DNA of 64,000 bases from Comamonadaceae bacterium (GCA_003599455.1 QZKF01000076.1:7802-71801), one strand, 5' to 3'; counted from the stretch's first letter, positions 21,272 through 30,968 are shown. Made by a program: numbers and translations. The notes: generated from the letters alone by a model not told the origin.

Positions 21272-22063
21272 TCATGCCCGTGCGAGGTCGGCAGCCTGCA
21301 GGCGCAGGTTCATGCGCTGGCGGCAGGCGCGGCCGAAGGCCTCGAAGATCGCGGCGTAGAACGGCGTCTCCCAGCAGCGCCATTCGGGGTGGAACTGCAC
21401 CGCGTAAGCAAAGGTGCGCGCACCGCGCACGCCGAAGGCCTCCACCACGCCGTCGGGCGCGTGTGCCAGCGGCTCCAGCCCCGCGGCCAGGCGGTTGATG
21501 CCCTGGCCGTGCAGCGAATTGACCTGCGCCTCGGGGCCGCCGGCCCATTGTTCGAACACGCTGCCCGGCGCGAAGCGCACGCTGTGGCGCGGCGCGTACT
21601 GCTCGTCGGGCGGCGCGCCCTTGGGCTCGCGGTGGTCCATCAGCCCCGGCACCTCGTGCACGCGCTGGTGCAGGGTGCCGCCCAGGGCGACGTTGATCTC
21701 CTGGAAACCGCGGCAGATGCCCAGCAGCGGCACGCCCTCGTGCACGCAGGCCTTGACCAGCGCCAGCGTGAGCAGGTCGCGCTCGGCGTCCAGCGGCAGG
21801 CTGGGGTCGGCCACGGCCTCGTCGAAATGGGAGGGGTGCACGTTGGAGGGCGAGCCGGTCAGCATCACCCCGTCCACCAGGGCGAGCAGCTCGCTGATCT
21901 GGCCGGTGTCGGCCAGCGGGAACATCACCGGCTGGGCCTCGGCCCCCACCTTGACGGCCCGCGCGTACTTGTCGCCCAGCAGCAGAAAGGGCATCTGGTG
22001 CCCGTGATCGCCCATCAGGCGGTGGTCGGCAGGCAGCCAGACCATGCACGGTGGCTTGTTCAT
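21272..22063 (-). CDS. puuD: gamma-glutamyl-gamma-aminobutyrate hydrolase (peptidase C26)
   Basis: LTGSPSNVHP, LGICRGFQE catalytic Cys, VNSLHGQG, VQFHPEW. Confidence 0.9.
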   Translation of the reverse strand: MNKPPCMVWLPADHRLMGDHGHQMPFLLLGDKYARAVKVGAEAQPVMFPLADTGQISELLALVDGVMLTGSPSNVHPSHFDEAVADPSLPLDAERDLLTLALVKACVHEGVPLLGICRGFQEINVALGGTLHQRVHEVPGLMDHREPKGAPPDEQYAPRHSVRFAPGSVFEQWAGGPEAQVNSLHGQGINRLAAGLEPLAHAPDGVVEAFGVRGARTFAYAVQFHPEWRCWETPFYAAIFEAFGRACRQRMNLRLQAADLARA

Positions 22064-22099
22064 GATGACTCCAGACAATGGCATTCATTGTGGGGGGCC

Positions 22100-22149
22100 A
22101 ATTGGATCAGAATAAGGGCCATTTGGCACCACCTTGTGGTGCCAAATGG
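22100..22149. promoter_or_regulatory. Divergent puuD/MocR control region with a perfect 14-bp inverted repeat
   Basis: CCATTTGGCACCAC-CTT-GTGGTGCCAAATGG at 22119-22149, plus CCAATTGG at 22098-22105. Confidence 0.6.
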
Positions 22150-22275
22150 AACCCCCCCTGCGCCGCTGACGCGGTTTCCCCCCGGCGGGGGGACCGCGCC
22201 TGGGACCGGCGGAGCCGGATCCTCCGCGCGCCTGGTCCGGGGCATCGTGCGCCGGCTTCTCCACTGGAATTCCTC

Positions 22276-23766
22276 ATGCTGTCTGAATTTTTGCTGGCCG
22301 AAATGAGCCGCCTGGGCGCGCAGGACGCCCTGCCCCTGCACCGCCAGCTCTACGAAGCGCTGCGCCGCGCCATGCTCGACGGCAAGCTCGGTGCCGGCGA
22401 GCGCCTGCCCTCCAGCCGCGACCTGGCGCAGGACCTCCAGCTCTCGCGCAACACCGTGGTGGCCGCGATCAACCAGCTCAGCGTCGAGGGGTACCTGGCC
22501 AGCCGCGTGGGCAGCGGCACCTACGTGAACGACAACGTGCCGCGCGCCACCCCCGGCCGCTCGGCGCGCCAGGCCAGCGGCCAGCCGGCCAGCCGCCAGG
22601 CCGGGCGCCTGTCGGTGCGCGGCACCGCGCTCTCCAGCACCTTCTGCGCCACCGAACTGGAGGTGCAGCCCTTCACGCCCGGCATCGCCGACTTCAGCGC
22701 CTTCCCGCTCACGCTGTGGCAGCGGCTGCAGAACAAGCACTGGCGCATGACCTACCCGGACATGCTGGACTACAACACCTCGGGCGGCTACGCGCCGCTG
22801 CGACGCGCCGTGGCCGACTACCTGCGCGTGTTCCGCAGCGTGCACCTGGACGCCGACCAGGTCGTCATCACCAGCGGCACGCAGCAGTCGCTCGAACTCT
22901 GCGCCCGCCTGCTGGCCGACCACGGCGACACGGTGTGGGTGGAGGACCCGGCTTACTGGGGCGCGGTCAAGGCCTTCATGGCCACCGGCCTGGCGATCCA
23001 CCCGGTGCGGGTGGACGAGGAAGGCATCGCCCCGGCCAGCGCCGACAACGCGAAGCCGCCACGCCTGATCTACGTCACGCCCTCGCACCAGTACCCCACC
23101 GGCGCGGTGATGTCGCTGCCGCGGCGCCACCAGCTGCTGGCCACCGCGCGCGTGCACGACGCCTGGGTGCTGGAAGACGACTACGACAGCGAGTACCGCT
23201 TCAGCGGCCCGCCGATCTCCAGCCTGGAGGGCCTGGACACCGATGGGCGCGTGTTCTACATGGGCACCTTCTCCAAGGTGCTCTACCCCGGCCTCAAGCT
23301 CGGCTACCTGGTGGTGCCCAGGCCGCTGGTGGCCGCCTTCAAGCAGGCCCACTACGACCTCAACCGCCCGGGCCAGATGCCGGTGCAGGCCGCGCTGGCC
23401 GAGTTCATCGAGATGGGCCACTTCGCCAGCGCGCTGCGCCGCGCGCGGCAGAACTACGGCGAGCGCCGCCAGTGCCTGCTCGAAGCGCTGCGGCCGGTGC
23501 TGCGCGACACGCCCGAGGGCCCCAGCATCAGCGGCGCCGAACAGGGCCTGCACCTGTGCCTGCGCCTGCCGCCCGGGGTGGACGACCGCGCCCTGGCACA
23601 GCGCATCGCGCAGCAGGGCCTCACGGTGCGCCCGCTCTCGGCCTACTGCCTGGCGCGCCAGGACCTGCGGGGGCTGGTGATCGGCTACGGCTACGCGCCG
23701 CTGGCCGACATCGCGCGCTGCGGGCCGGTGCTGGCGGCCCTGGTGGGGCAGGCGCTCAACGCCTGA
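22276..23766 (+). CDS. MocR/GabR family PLP-dependent transcriptional regulator
   Basis: GntR wHTH (LPSSRDLA..SRNTV), VEDPAY, YVTPSHQYPTG, EDDYDSEY, GTFSKVLYPGLKLGY. Confidence 0.93.
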   Translation: MLSEFLLAEMSRLGAQDALPLHRQLYEALRRAMLDGKLGAGERLPSSRDLAQDLQLSRNTVVAAINQLSVEGYLASRVGSGTYVNDNVPRATPGRSARQASGQPASRQAGRLSVRGTALSSTFCATELEVQPFTPGIADFSAFPLTLWQRLQNKHWRMTYPDMLDYNTSGGYAPLRRAVADYLRVFRSVHLDADQVVITSGTQQSLELCARLLADHGDTVWVEDPAYWGAVKAFMATGLAIHPVRVDEEGIAPASADNAKPPRLIYVTPSHQYPTGAVMSLPRRHQLLATARVHDAWVLEDDYDSEYRFSGPPISSLEGLDTDGRVFYMGTFSKVLYPGLKLGYLVVPRPLVAAFKQAHYDLNRPGQMPVQAALAEFIEMGHFASALRRARQNYGERRQCLLEALRPVLRDTPEGPSISGAEQGLHLCLRLPPGVDDRALAQRIAQQGLTVRPLSAYCLARQDLRGLVIGYGYAPLADIARCGPVLAALVGQALNA

Positions 23767-23912
23767 CCGGCGGACAAATATCACGCCGGCGGTATCTGCC
23801 GGGTAAAGACCCCGCAAAGGCGATGTGTTGCACCACCCGGTGGTGCGGCAACGCACAGACCACCCCGTGGCCAACCCCCAGTCTCGACGCCATCCCTACA
23901 GGAGACGTTGAC

Positions 23913-25319
23913 ATGAAACACTTTTTCGGCCTTTTGCTCGCCACCACCACCGTGGCCTTCAGCACCCAGGCGATGGCGCAAGCCACGCTCTACGCCAACG
24001 ACCGCTTCGCGGGGCAGTCGCTGCGCATGACGGCCCAGGTCCCCAGCCTGCAAAGCTACAACTTCAACGACCGCGCCTCGTCGATCGTGGTGGTGGGCAA
24101 CCGCTGGGAAATCTGCGAAGACGACGGCTTCCGCGGCCGCTGCACCGTGCTGCGCCCGGGCCGCTACGACGCGCTGGCCGACCTCGGCATGGAAGACGGC
24201 ATCTCCTCGGCGCGCATGATCCCCGCCAACGTGCGGATCGACGACGACCGCTACGCCCCGCTGCCCGGTGCCACGCAGGCCGCCTCGCAACTCACCTTCT
24301 TCGAACGCGACGGCTTCCAGGGCCGCTCCTACAGCACCACCGGCCAGGTCTCCAACCTGCGCCGCACCGGCTTCAACGAACGGGCCTCGTCGGCCGTGGT
24401 CGCGGGCGAGCGCTGGGAGGTCTGCGAAGAAAACCGGTACCGCGGGCAGTGCATGGTCCTGCGGCCCGGACGCTATCCGTCGCTGGCGGCCATGGGACTG
24501 AACGACGACATCAGCTCGGTGCGCGCCCTGCCGCGCAGCGCGCGCGTGGCCGACAACCGCTACGCGCCCCTGCCGGTGGTGTCGCAGATCCTGTTCTACG
24601 AGCGTGAGGGCTTTGCCGGCCGCACGTTCACCACCGAGACGCCGCTGGACAACCTGCAACGCGCCGGCTTCAACGACCGCGCCTCCTCGGCCGTGGTGGT
24701 GGGCGAGCGCTGGGAAGTCTGTGACGACAACCGCTTCCGCGGCCGCTGCGTCGTGCTGCGCCCCGGCCGCTACGCCTCGCTCGGCGCCATGGGCCTGAAC
24801 GACCGCATCACCTCGGTGCGGGCCGTGGAGCGGGGCGCGCGCATCGACGACGGGCGCTACGCGCCGGAAGCGCTGCCGGTCTACGACAGCCGGCGCCGCG
24901 GCGGCGAGCGCATGCACCAGGCCGAAGTCACCTCGGTGCGCGCCGTGCTCGCCACCTCCGGCCAGCGCTGCTGGGTCGAGCGCGAGCAGGTGCAGAACCG
25001 TGCGCCAGCCAATGTGCCGGCGGCGATCGCCGGCGCGGTGATTGGCGGCATCCTGGGCCACCAGGTCGGCAACGGCACCGGCCAGGACGTGGCCACCGTG
25101 GGCGGTGCGGTCGCGGGTGCGGCGCTGGGCGCCAACATCGGCCGCAACGGCCAGCCCACCACGCAGGACGTGCAGCGCTGCGAAAACGTGGCGGGCGGCG
25201 CACAACCCGCGTACTGGGACGTGTCCTACAACTTCCGCGGCCGCGACCACCGCGTGCAGATGGCCTCGGCCCCCGGCAACACGGTCATGGTCAACGAGCA
25301 GGGCGAGCCGCGCCAGTGA
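23913..25319 (+). CDS. Secreted protein with three beta/gamma-crystallin domains and a C-terminal glycine-zipper 2TM domain
   Basis: Signal peptide, three repeats with FNDRASS-type and W..C....F.G.C..L.PG.Y motifs, then AIAGAVIGGILGHQVG; AGGAG RBS. Confidence 0.85.
   Translation: MKHFFGLLLATTTVAFSTQAMAQATLYANDRFAGQSLRMTAQVPSLQSYNFNDRASSIVVVGNRWEICEDDGFRGRCTVLRPGRYDALADLGMEDGISSARMIPANVRIDDDRYAPLPGATQAASQLTFFERDGFQGRSYSTTGQVSNLRRTGFNERASSAVVAGERWEVCEENRYRGQCMVLRPGRYPSLAAMGLNDDISSVRALPRSARVADNRYAPLPVVSQILFYEREGFAGRTFTTETPLDNLQRAGFNDRASSAVVVGERWEVCDDNRFRGRCVVLRPGRYASLGAMGLNDRITSVRAVERGARIDDGRYAPEALPVYDSRRRGGERMHQAEVTSVRAVLATSGQRCWVEREQVQNRAPANVPAAIAGAVIGGILGHQVGNGTGQDVATVGGAVAGAALGANIGRNGQPTTQDVQRCENVAGGAQPAYWDVSYNFRGRDHRVQMASAPGNTVMVNEQGEPRQ
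23979..24867 (+). repeat. Three tandem ~300-nt beta/gamma-crystallin coding repeats
   Basis: Units start at 23979, 24288 and 24585; each ends in a D.RYAP linker. Confidence 0.8.
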
Positions 25320-25337
25320 GCGGCCGCCGGCAGCGCG

Positions 25338-26642
25338 TCAGAGCACGTCGCGCAGCCGGTGCCACAACATGCCCAGCGCCAGGCTGGGCGTGCGCAGCAG
25401 CGGGCCGCCGGGGAAGCGGCGGTGTTTCAGGCGGGCGTAGACATCGAAGCGCCCGGCCTGCCCCGCCACCGCCTCGGCCACCAACTGGCCGGCCAGACCG
25501 GTGAGCGCCACGCCGTGGCCGCTGAAGCCCTGCAGGTAGTAGAGGTTGTCGCCCAGGCGCCCGAAGTCGGGCGCGCGGTTCATGCTGATGTCGACGAAGC
25601 CGCCCCAGAGGAACTCGGTCGGCACGCCGCGCAGCGCGGGGAACACCTCGCCCATGCGCTGGCGCATCACGCCCTCCAGGTTGGCCGGCGTGCGCGTGGT
25701 GTAGCTCACGCGCCCGCCGAACAGCATGCGGTGGTCGGCGCTGCAGCGGAAGTAGTCGAGCACGAAGTTGTTGTCGCACACGGCGGCGTTGCGCGGGATC
25801 AGGCGTGTGCAGAGTTCGGGGTCGAGCGGCGCCGTGCCCACGATGTAGGTGCCCACCGGCATGATGCGCGGCGCCACTTCGGGCGCCACGCGCGGGCCGT
25901 ATTCGGGCAGCATGCAGTTGCCCGCGAGTACGCCGAAACGCGCGCTGACCTGGCCTTGCGCGGTGCTGGCCACCAGCGTGGCGCCGCGCTGCAGGCTGGT
26001 CACCGGCGAGTGCTCGAAGATGCGCACGCCCGCGGCCTGCGCGGCGCGCGCCAGGCCCAGCGCGTACTTCAGCGGGTGCAGGTGGCCCGAGCGCTGCTCG
26101 CGCGCGGCGGCCACGTAGCGCGGGCTGTTGATCAGGCGCGGCAGGTCGGCGCCCTCGGCCCAGTCGATGGCCATGCCCAGCCGCTTGAGGCCCTCCATCT
26201 CCTCGTGCAGCTGCAGCGCCTTGCGCGCCGAATCGGCCACGTACACATAGCCATGCACGCGGTCGCAGGCGATGCCGTGTTCGGCGATGCGCGCGTCGAT
26301 CAGGTCGATCGCCTCGAGCGACATGTCCCAGGCGCGCTGCGCGTCGGCCGCACCGAGCTGCGCCTCGAACGGGCCCTGCCCGCTCGCATACCCCACGATG
26401 GCCTGGCCGCCGTTGCGCCCGCTCGCGCCGCTGCCGATGCGGTCGGCCTCGAGCACCACCACCGAGAGGCCGCGCTGCGCGAGTTCCAGCGCCGCGCTCA
26501 GGCCCGCGAAGCCGGCGCCGACCACCACCGCGTCGGCCTGCAGGGCCTCCTGCAAAGGCGGCTGTGCCTCGGGCCGCTGCACGCTGGCCTCGTAGTAGCT
26601 CTTCTGGTTGAGCTGGGTGTCGGAGCCGATGAGCGAGGCCAT
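25338..26642 (-). CDS. puuB: gamma-glutamylputrescine oxidase (PuuB-like FAD oxidoreductase)
   Basis: SYYEAS, VVGAGFAGLS, GASGRNGG, HLHPLKYA, GFSGHG. Confidence 0.88.
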   Translation of the reverse strand: MASLIGSDTQLNQKSYYEASVQRPEAQPPLQEALQADAVVVGAGFAGLSAALELAQRGLSVVVLEADRIGSGASGRNGGQAIVGYASGQGPFEAQLGAADAQRAWDMSLEAIDLIDARIAEHGIACDRVHGYVYVADSARKALQLHEEMEGLKRLGMAIDWAEGADLPRLINSPRYVAAAREQRSGHLHPLKYALGLARAAQAAGVRIFEHSPVTSLQRGATLVASTAQGQVSARFGVLAGNCMLPEYGPRVAPEVAPRIMPVGTYIVGTAPLDPELCTRLIPRNAAVCDNNFVLDYFRCSADHRMLFGGRVSYTTRTPANLEGVMRQRMGEVFPALRGVPTEFLWGGFVDISMNRAPDFGRLGDNLYYLQGFSGHGVALTGLAGQLVAEAVAGQAGRFDVYARLKHRRFPGGPLLRTPSLALGMLWHRLRDVL

Positions 26643-26644
26643 GT

Positions 26645-27574
26645 TCAGCCCTTCAGGCGTTTCGCGACCTGGCCGCTCAGGTAGGTCCACACGAAGGTGG
26701 CGGCCGCGTTGCTGGTGAGCTCGGCATGGTCGTAGGCCGGCGCGACCTCCACGCAGTCCATGCCGACCCAGTTCAGGCCGGCCAGCTCTTCCAGCAGGGT
26801 CAGCACCTGCGAGCTCGTCATGCCGCCGGGCTCGGGCGTGCCGGTGCCGGGCGCGAAGGCCGGGTCCAGGCAGTCGATGTCGAGCGTGAGGTAACACGGC
26901 CGATCGCCGATGCGCGCGCGGATCGCGTCGATGGCGGGCCGCAGCCCCGCGCCGTCGAGGCCGCGCAGGGCGCGCGCGGTGAAGATCTGCCCGCCCTGGT
27001 CGGCCACGTACTCGCGCGCGGCGCGCTCGCCGCTGGAGCGGATGCCGATCTGCACCGTGTGGGCCGCGCTCACCAGGCCTTCCTGCAGGGCTTCAAAGGT
27101 CCAGGTGCCGTGGCCCGAGGGCTCGCCGAAGTGGTCGGGCCAGGTGTCGCAGTGCGCGTCGAAATGCACCAGCGCCAGCGGCGCGCCGCCGTGCCGGGCC
27201 TTGGCCGTGCGCAGCAGCGAGAGCGTCACCGAGTGGTCGCCCCCGAGGAACACGCAGTGGTGCTTCGCCATGAGGGCCGCGGCCTGCGCCTCGATGTGGC
27301 GGCGCACCTCGGGCAGCGGCGAGGCGTTGGGCAGGCGCATGTCGAGCGCGTCGCCCAGCAGCGCCAGCGGCGACACGTCGAACACCGGGTGGATGCCGTC
27401 GCACAGCATCAGGCTGGCGCTGCGGATCGCCTGCGGGCCGAAGCGCGCGCCGGGCCGGTTGGTCACCACGCCATCGAAGGGCACGCCCGCGACCGCAAAC
27501 GGCTGGTCGGCCAGCGGCGCGCAGCCCAGAAAGCGGTTGCTGCTGCTGGCGTAGGCAAACTGACCCAGGGCCAT
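26645..27574 (-). CDS. speB: Agmatinase (ureohydrolase family)
   Basis: RPGARFGP, LGGDHS, HFDAHCD, LDIDCLDPAFAPGTGTP, EVAP. Confidence 0.9.
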   Translation of the reverse strand: MALGQFAYASSSNRFLGCAPLADQPFAVAGVPFDGVVTNRPGARFGPQAIRSASLMLCDGIHPVFDVSPLALLGDALDMRLPNASPLPEVRRHIEAQAAALMAKHHCVFLGGDHSVTLSLLRTAKARHGGAPLALVHFDAHCDTWPDHFGEPSGHGTWTFEALQEGLVSAAHTVQIGIRSSGERAAREYVADQGGQIFTARALRGLDGAGLRPAIDAIRARIGDRPCYLTLDIDCLDPAFAPGTGTPEPGGMTSSQVLTLLEELAGLNWVGMDCVEVAPAYDHAELTSNAAATFVWTYLSGQVAKRLKG

Positions 27575-27601
27575 GGGGTGTCCTCGGAAGGGTTGTCGGT
27601 G

Positions 27602-27650
27602 AAGTGGAGCCACAAGATACCGCCGGGGGCCGGGGGCCATGAGTCCAATT
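27602..27650. promoter_or_regulatory. Candidate MocR operator pair upstream of speB (AAGTGGAGCC ... GAGTCCAATT)
   Basis: Same inverted-box layout as upstream of puuC and puuD; 49 nt end to end. Confidence 0.55.
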
Positions 27651-27687
27651 GACCGGCGGCGCCGGCGTCCACCGCGCGGCGGCGCCC

Positions 27688-29001
27688 CTACTTGCCGAAC
27701 AGGTCCTGCAGGCCTTCGCCGATGCGGTCGCCCAGGTTGGCGCCGGCGCCGGTGCCCACGCCCGGCATGATCGCGGTGCCGATGGCGGCGCCCAGCAGCG
27801 CCGAGCGCGAGAGCATGACGCTGGGCTCGTCCAGCGTGCCGCCCACGGCCAGCGGCACACTCACCACGCCGCCGCTGGCGCCGCGCGTCATGTCCACCCG
27901 CAGGCGGCCCGAGAGCTCGCGCGAGGGTGCCACCGTCACCTCGCCGGTGGCCGAGAGCACGCCCGAACGGGCCTCCAGGTTGCTCAGCGCGATGGTCTGC
28001 CCGCGCGTGTTCACCTGGCCCGCCAGGGTGTCGAGCTCGGTCAGGCCGCCGCGCGACAGGCCCACGCTGACCACCGCCCTGGCCAGGTCCAGGCCCTGGA
28101 GCACCGCGCCATGCACCGTGAAGCGCGTCTGCGTGCGCAAGGCGTCGGTGATCGCCGCGGCGCCGGCCCTGGGGTTGATGCGCGCCGACAGCGTGGTGCT
28201 GGCCTCCAGCCGGCCGGTGAGCGGGCGGCTCGGTGCGGTGAGCGCCGACACCTCGACGCCGCGCGTCTCCAGCGCGCCCTCGAACACCAGGTCACGCGCC
28301 TTCGGGTTGCCGGCGTCCGGCAGGTTTACCTTGAGCGGTCCCTGCACCGTGCCGCCGCCCACCTCCACCTTCAGGGTCCACGCGGTGGCGCCACTGTCGT
28401 CGCGCACCAGGCGGGCCTTCGTGCCCTGCAGCCCGCCGCCGGTCACCTTCACATCGGCCGAGGCGGGCCAACCATCGTCGTCCAGGCGGGCGTCGGCCTG
28501 CACCGTGGTGCCACGCCCGCGCTCGTTGATCCAGGTCACCTCGTCGAGCACCAGCGTGCGCGGCAGCCAGCCGAGGTCCAGCGCATCGCCCTCCGCGGCC
28601 GGGCCGGGCCGGGCGGTCTTGCGCGCGGGGTCCTGCAGGCGCGCGGCCAGCAGCACCAGGGTGGTCTGCGGCAGCACCGCTTTGCGCAGGGTCAGCGTGG
28701 ACACCTGCAGGCGACCCGCGAGCAGCGCCGTCCAGACCGGCCGCGCCTCGACGCGGTCCAGCGTGAGCGCGGGTTTCGCCTGGATGTGCAGGCCTTCGAG
28801 CGCCACCGCGGGCAGCGGCCACACGTCCACCGTCACGCGCGACAGCGTCACCGGCACGCCCAGCGCCGCGCTGGCCTCGCGCTCCACGCGCTGGCGGAAG
28901 CCGTCGCTGCCGGTCCACTGGTGCAGGGCGATCACCACGGCCGCGCCCAGCAGCAGGAACAGCGCGGCCAGGATGCCCAGGGGTCGAAGAAAGCGTCGCA
29001 T
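27688..29001 (-). CDS. AsmA-like envelope protein
   Basis: N-terminal TM anchor, S.ALG.PVTL, beta-rich body, C-terminal VPLAVGGTLDEP. Confidence 0.7.
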   Translation of the reverse strand: MRRFLRPLGILAALFLLLGAAVVIALHQWTGSDGFRQRVEREASAALGVPVTLSRVTVDVWPLPAVALEGLHIQAKPALTLDRVEARPVWTALLAGRLQVSTLTLRKAVLPQTTLVLLAARLQDPARKTARPGPAAEGDALDLGWLPRTLVLDEVTWINERGRGTTVQADARLDDDGWPASADVKVTGGGLQGTKARLVRDDSGATAWTLKVEVGGGTVQGPLKVNLPDAGNPKARDLVFEGALETRGVEVSALTAPSRPLTGRLEASTTLSARINPRAGAAAITDALRTQTRFTVHGAVLQGLDLARAVVSVGLSRGGLTELDTLAGQVNTRGQTIALSNLEARSGVLSATGEVTVAPSRELSGRLRVDMTRGASGGVVSVPLAVGGTLDEPSVMLSRSALLGAAIGTAIMPGVGTGAGANLGDRIGEGLQDLFGK

Positions 29002-29122
29002 GGCGGCATTGTGCCGACGCCACCGGCGCGATGCCCTCCGCCCGGCAGGGAAACCACGCCGCCGGTAGCATCGGCCGCGATGTCCCGTCCGGGGCGTCCC
29101 CTCCAGGAAGACCACAGACACC

Positions 29123-29728
29123 ATGAAGCTCTACTACTCCCCCGGCGCCTGCTCGCTGTCGGCGCACATCGCCCTGCACGAATCCGGCCTGGCCTTCGAA
29201 GCCGTGCCCGCGCCCACCAAGACGCACCAGTTGCCCGACGGCACCGACTACTACACCATCAACCCGCTGGGCTACGTGCCGCTGCTCGAGCTCGACAACG
29301 GCGAGCGCCTGCGCGAAGGCCCGGCCATCGTGCAGTACGTCGCCGACCAGGTGCCGCAGAAGAACCTGGCACCGGCCAACGGCACGCTGCCGCGCTACCG
29401 CCTGCAGGAATGGCTGACCTTCATCGGCACCGAACTGCACAAGACCTTCTCGCCGCTGTTCAACCCCGCGACGCCCGAAGAATTCAAGACCGTGACCCGG
29501 GACAAGCTCGCGAAACGCCTCGCCTGGGTCGATGGCGAACTCGCCGGCAAGCAGTACCTCATGGGCGACACCTTCAGCGTGGCCGACGGCTACCTGTTCA
29601 CCGTCACCAACTGGGCGCCGCGCGTGGGCGTGGACATCAGCGGCCTGGCCAACCTCGGCGCCTACCGCGACCGCGTCGGCGCACGACCGGCTGTACAGGC
29701 CGCGATGAAGGCCGAGGGCCTGATCTGA
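29123..29728 (+). CDS. gstA: Glutathione S-transferase (beta class)
   Basis: MKLYYSPGACSLS, INPLGYVP, EGPAIVQY, FSVADGYLF. Confidence 0.93.
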   Translation: MKLYYSPGACSLSAHIALHESGLAFEAVPAPTKTHQLPDGTDYYTINPLGYVPLLELDNGERLREGPAIVQYVADQVPQKNLAPANGTLPRYRLQEWLTFIGTELHKTFSPLFNPATPEEFKTVTRDKLAKRLAWVDGELAGKQYLMGDTFSVADGYLFTVTNWAPRVGVDISGLANLGAYRDRVGARPAVQAAMKAEGLI

Positions 29729-29735
29729 AGACGGG

Positions 29736-30968
29736 CTAGAGCCCGCGCTGGCGCCAGGCCAGCGCGGCGCCCAGCCACAGCGCCACGGCCGAAAACACCA
29801 GGCCGCGCGCCAGGCCGCCCGGGCCGTCGGCGATGAAGCCCACCACCGTGGGGCCCACGATCTGGCCGGCCGCGAACACGATGGTGAAGGCGCTGATGCC
29901 CGCGGCCCACTGCGCGGGTGGCAGGTTGTGCCGCACCAGCGCGGTGGTCGAGGCCACCACCGACAGGAACACGCCACCGAACAGCAGCCCCGAGGCCAGC
30001 ACCAGCGGCCAGTTCGCGGTGAGCGCTGGCACGATGGCCGCCACGCCCAGCAGCGCGTTGAGCCGCGCCAGCGCCTGGCCGTCGCGGTGCCGGTCCAGCA
30101 GGCCGGCCCAGATGCGGGACGACGCGATCACCGCCAGACCCAGCAGCGCATAGAAGCCGGTGATCGCCGCCTGTGAACTGCCCTGCTCGCGCAGCAAGGC
30201 GATCACGAAGGTCATGTAGCCGATGTAGCCCACGCCGAAGCCGGCGTAGCCCGCGAGCGCCAGCGCGAAGTCGCGCACCCGGAACACGCGCCCGCCACCC
30301 GCCTGCGCGCTGGCCGCCGGCGCTGCGTGGCGCGCCAGCACGCGCGCCGGCCAGGCCATGAGCGCGGTGGCCAGCAAGCAGATCAGCGCGAGCGCCCACC
30401 AGGCCCAGGCCCAGCCGTGCGGCTGTTGTGCCGCCACCGCCAGCACCGGCGGCACACCCAGCGCCGAGACCACGATGCCCAGCCCGGTGCCACCGTAGTA
30501 CAGGCCGAGCAGAAAGCCGCTGCGCTGCGGCTGGCGTGCACCCAGGCGCGCGGCCAGCAGGCCGCCCGCGATGAACACCAGCGCGCTCGCCACGCCGGCC
30601 AGCAGGCGCTGCGCGAGCAGCGGCGCGGCGGCCGTGAAGAAGCCGCTCAGGCCCATGAACAGCGAGGCCAGCAGCGAACCCGACAGCAGCAGGCCGGTGG
30701 GCGAAAAACGCCGCATCAACCAGGGCGTGGCGAGCGCGCCGATCAGGTAGCCCAGCGCGTTGAAGGTGTTCATCGCACCGGCCAGCGTGTAGCTCCAGCC
30801 CAGGTCCTCGCGCATCGGCGGCAGCAGCAGGCCGTACGCAAAGCGCGTGATGCCCAGCGACACCGCCGCACCGAGCGACAGCGCCAGCGCGAGCCGCACG
30901 TATGGCGTGGTGTCGGGCGCTTCGGCGAGCGCCGCGGGCTGCGTGTGGGAGGGGGTGCTGCGGTCCAT
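29736..30968 (-). CDS. YbfB/YjiJ family MFS transporter
   Basis: GITRFAYGLLLPPMREDLGWSY, NALGYLIGA; many TM segments. Alternative start at 30989. Confidence 0.85.
   Translation of the reverse strand: MDRSTPSHTQPAALAEAPDTTPYVRLALALSLGAAVSLGITRFAYGLLLPPMREDLGWSYTLAGAMNTFNALGYLIGALATPWLMRRFSPTGLLLSGSLLASLFMGLSGFFTAAAPLLAQRLLAGVASALVFIAGGLLAARLGARQPQRSGFLLGLYYGGTGLGIVVSALGVPPVLAVAAQQPHGWAWAWWALALICLLATALMAWPARVLARHAAPAASAQAGGGRVFRVRDFALALAGYAGFGVGYIGYMTFVIALLREQGSSQAAITGFYALLGLAVIASSRIWAGLLDRHRDGQALARLNALLGVAAIVPALTANWPLVLASGLLFGGVFLSVVASTTALVRHNLPPAQWAAGISAFTIVFAAGQIVGPTVVGFIADGPGGLARGLVFSAVALWLGAALAWRQRGL

Noticed and set aside
22124-22138. TGGCAC as a sigma54 -24 element
   Set aside because: There is no GC at the required GG-N10-GC position on either strand.
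23770-23910. Possible c-di-GMP-I riboswitch upstream of the crystallin gene (GCAAAG, short hairpins)
   Set aside because: It lacks the GGCAAA-stem-GNRA tetraloop and receptor arrangement; an Rfam scan would settle it.
22716-25319. Apparent 867-aa ORF fusing the MocR region to the crystallin gene
   Set aside because: The first 399 codons are an off-frame read of the MocR gene; the true start at 23913 has an RBS and signal peptide.
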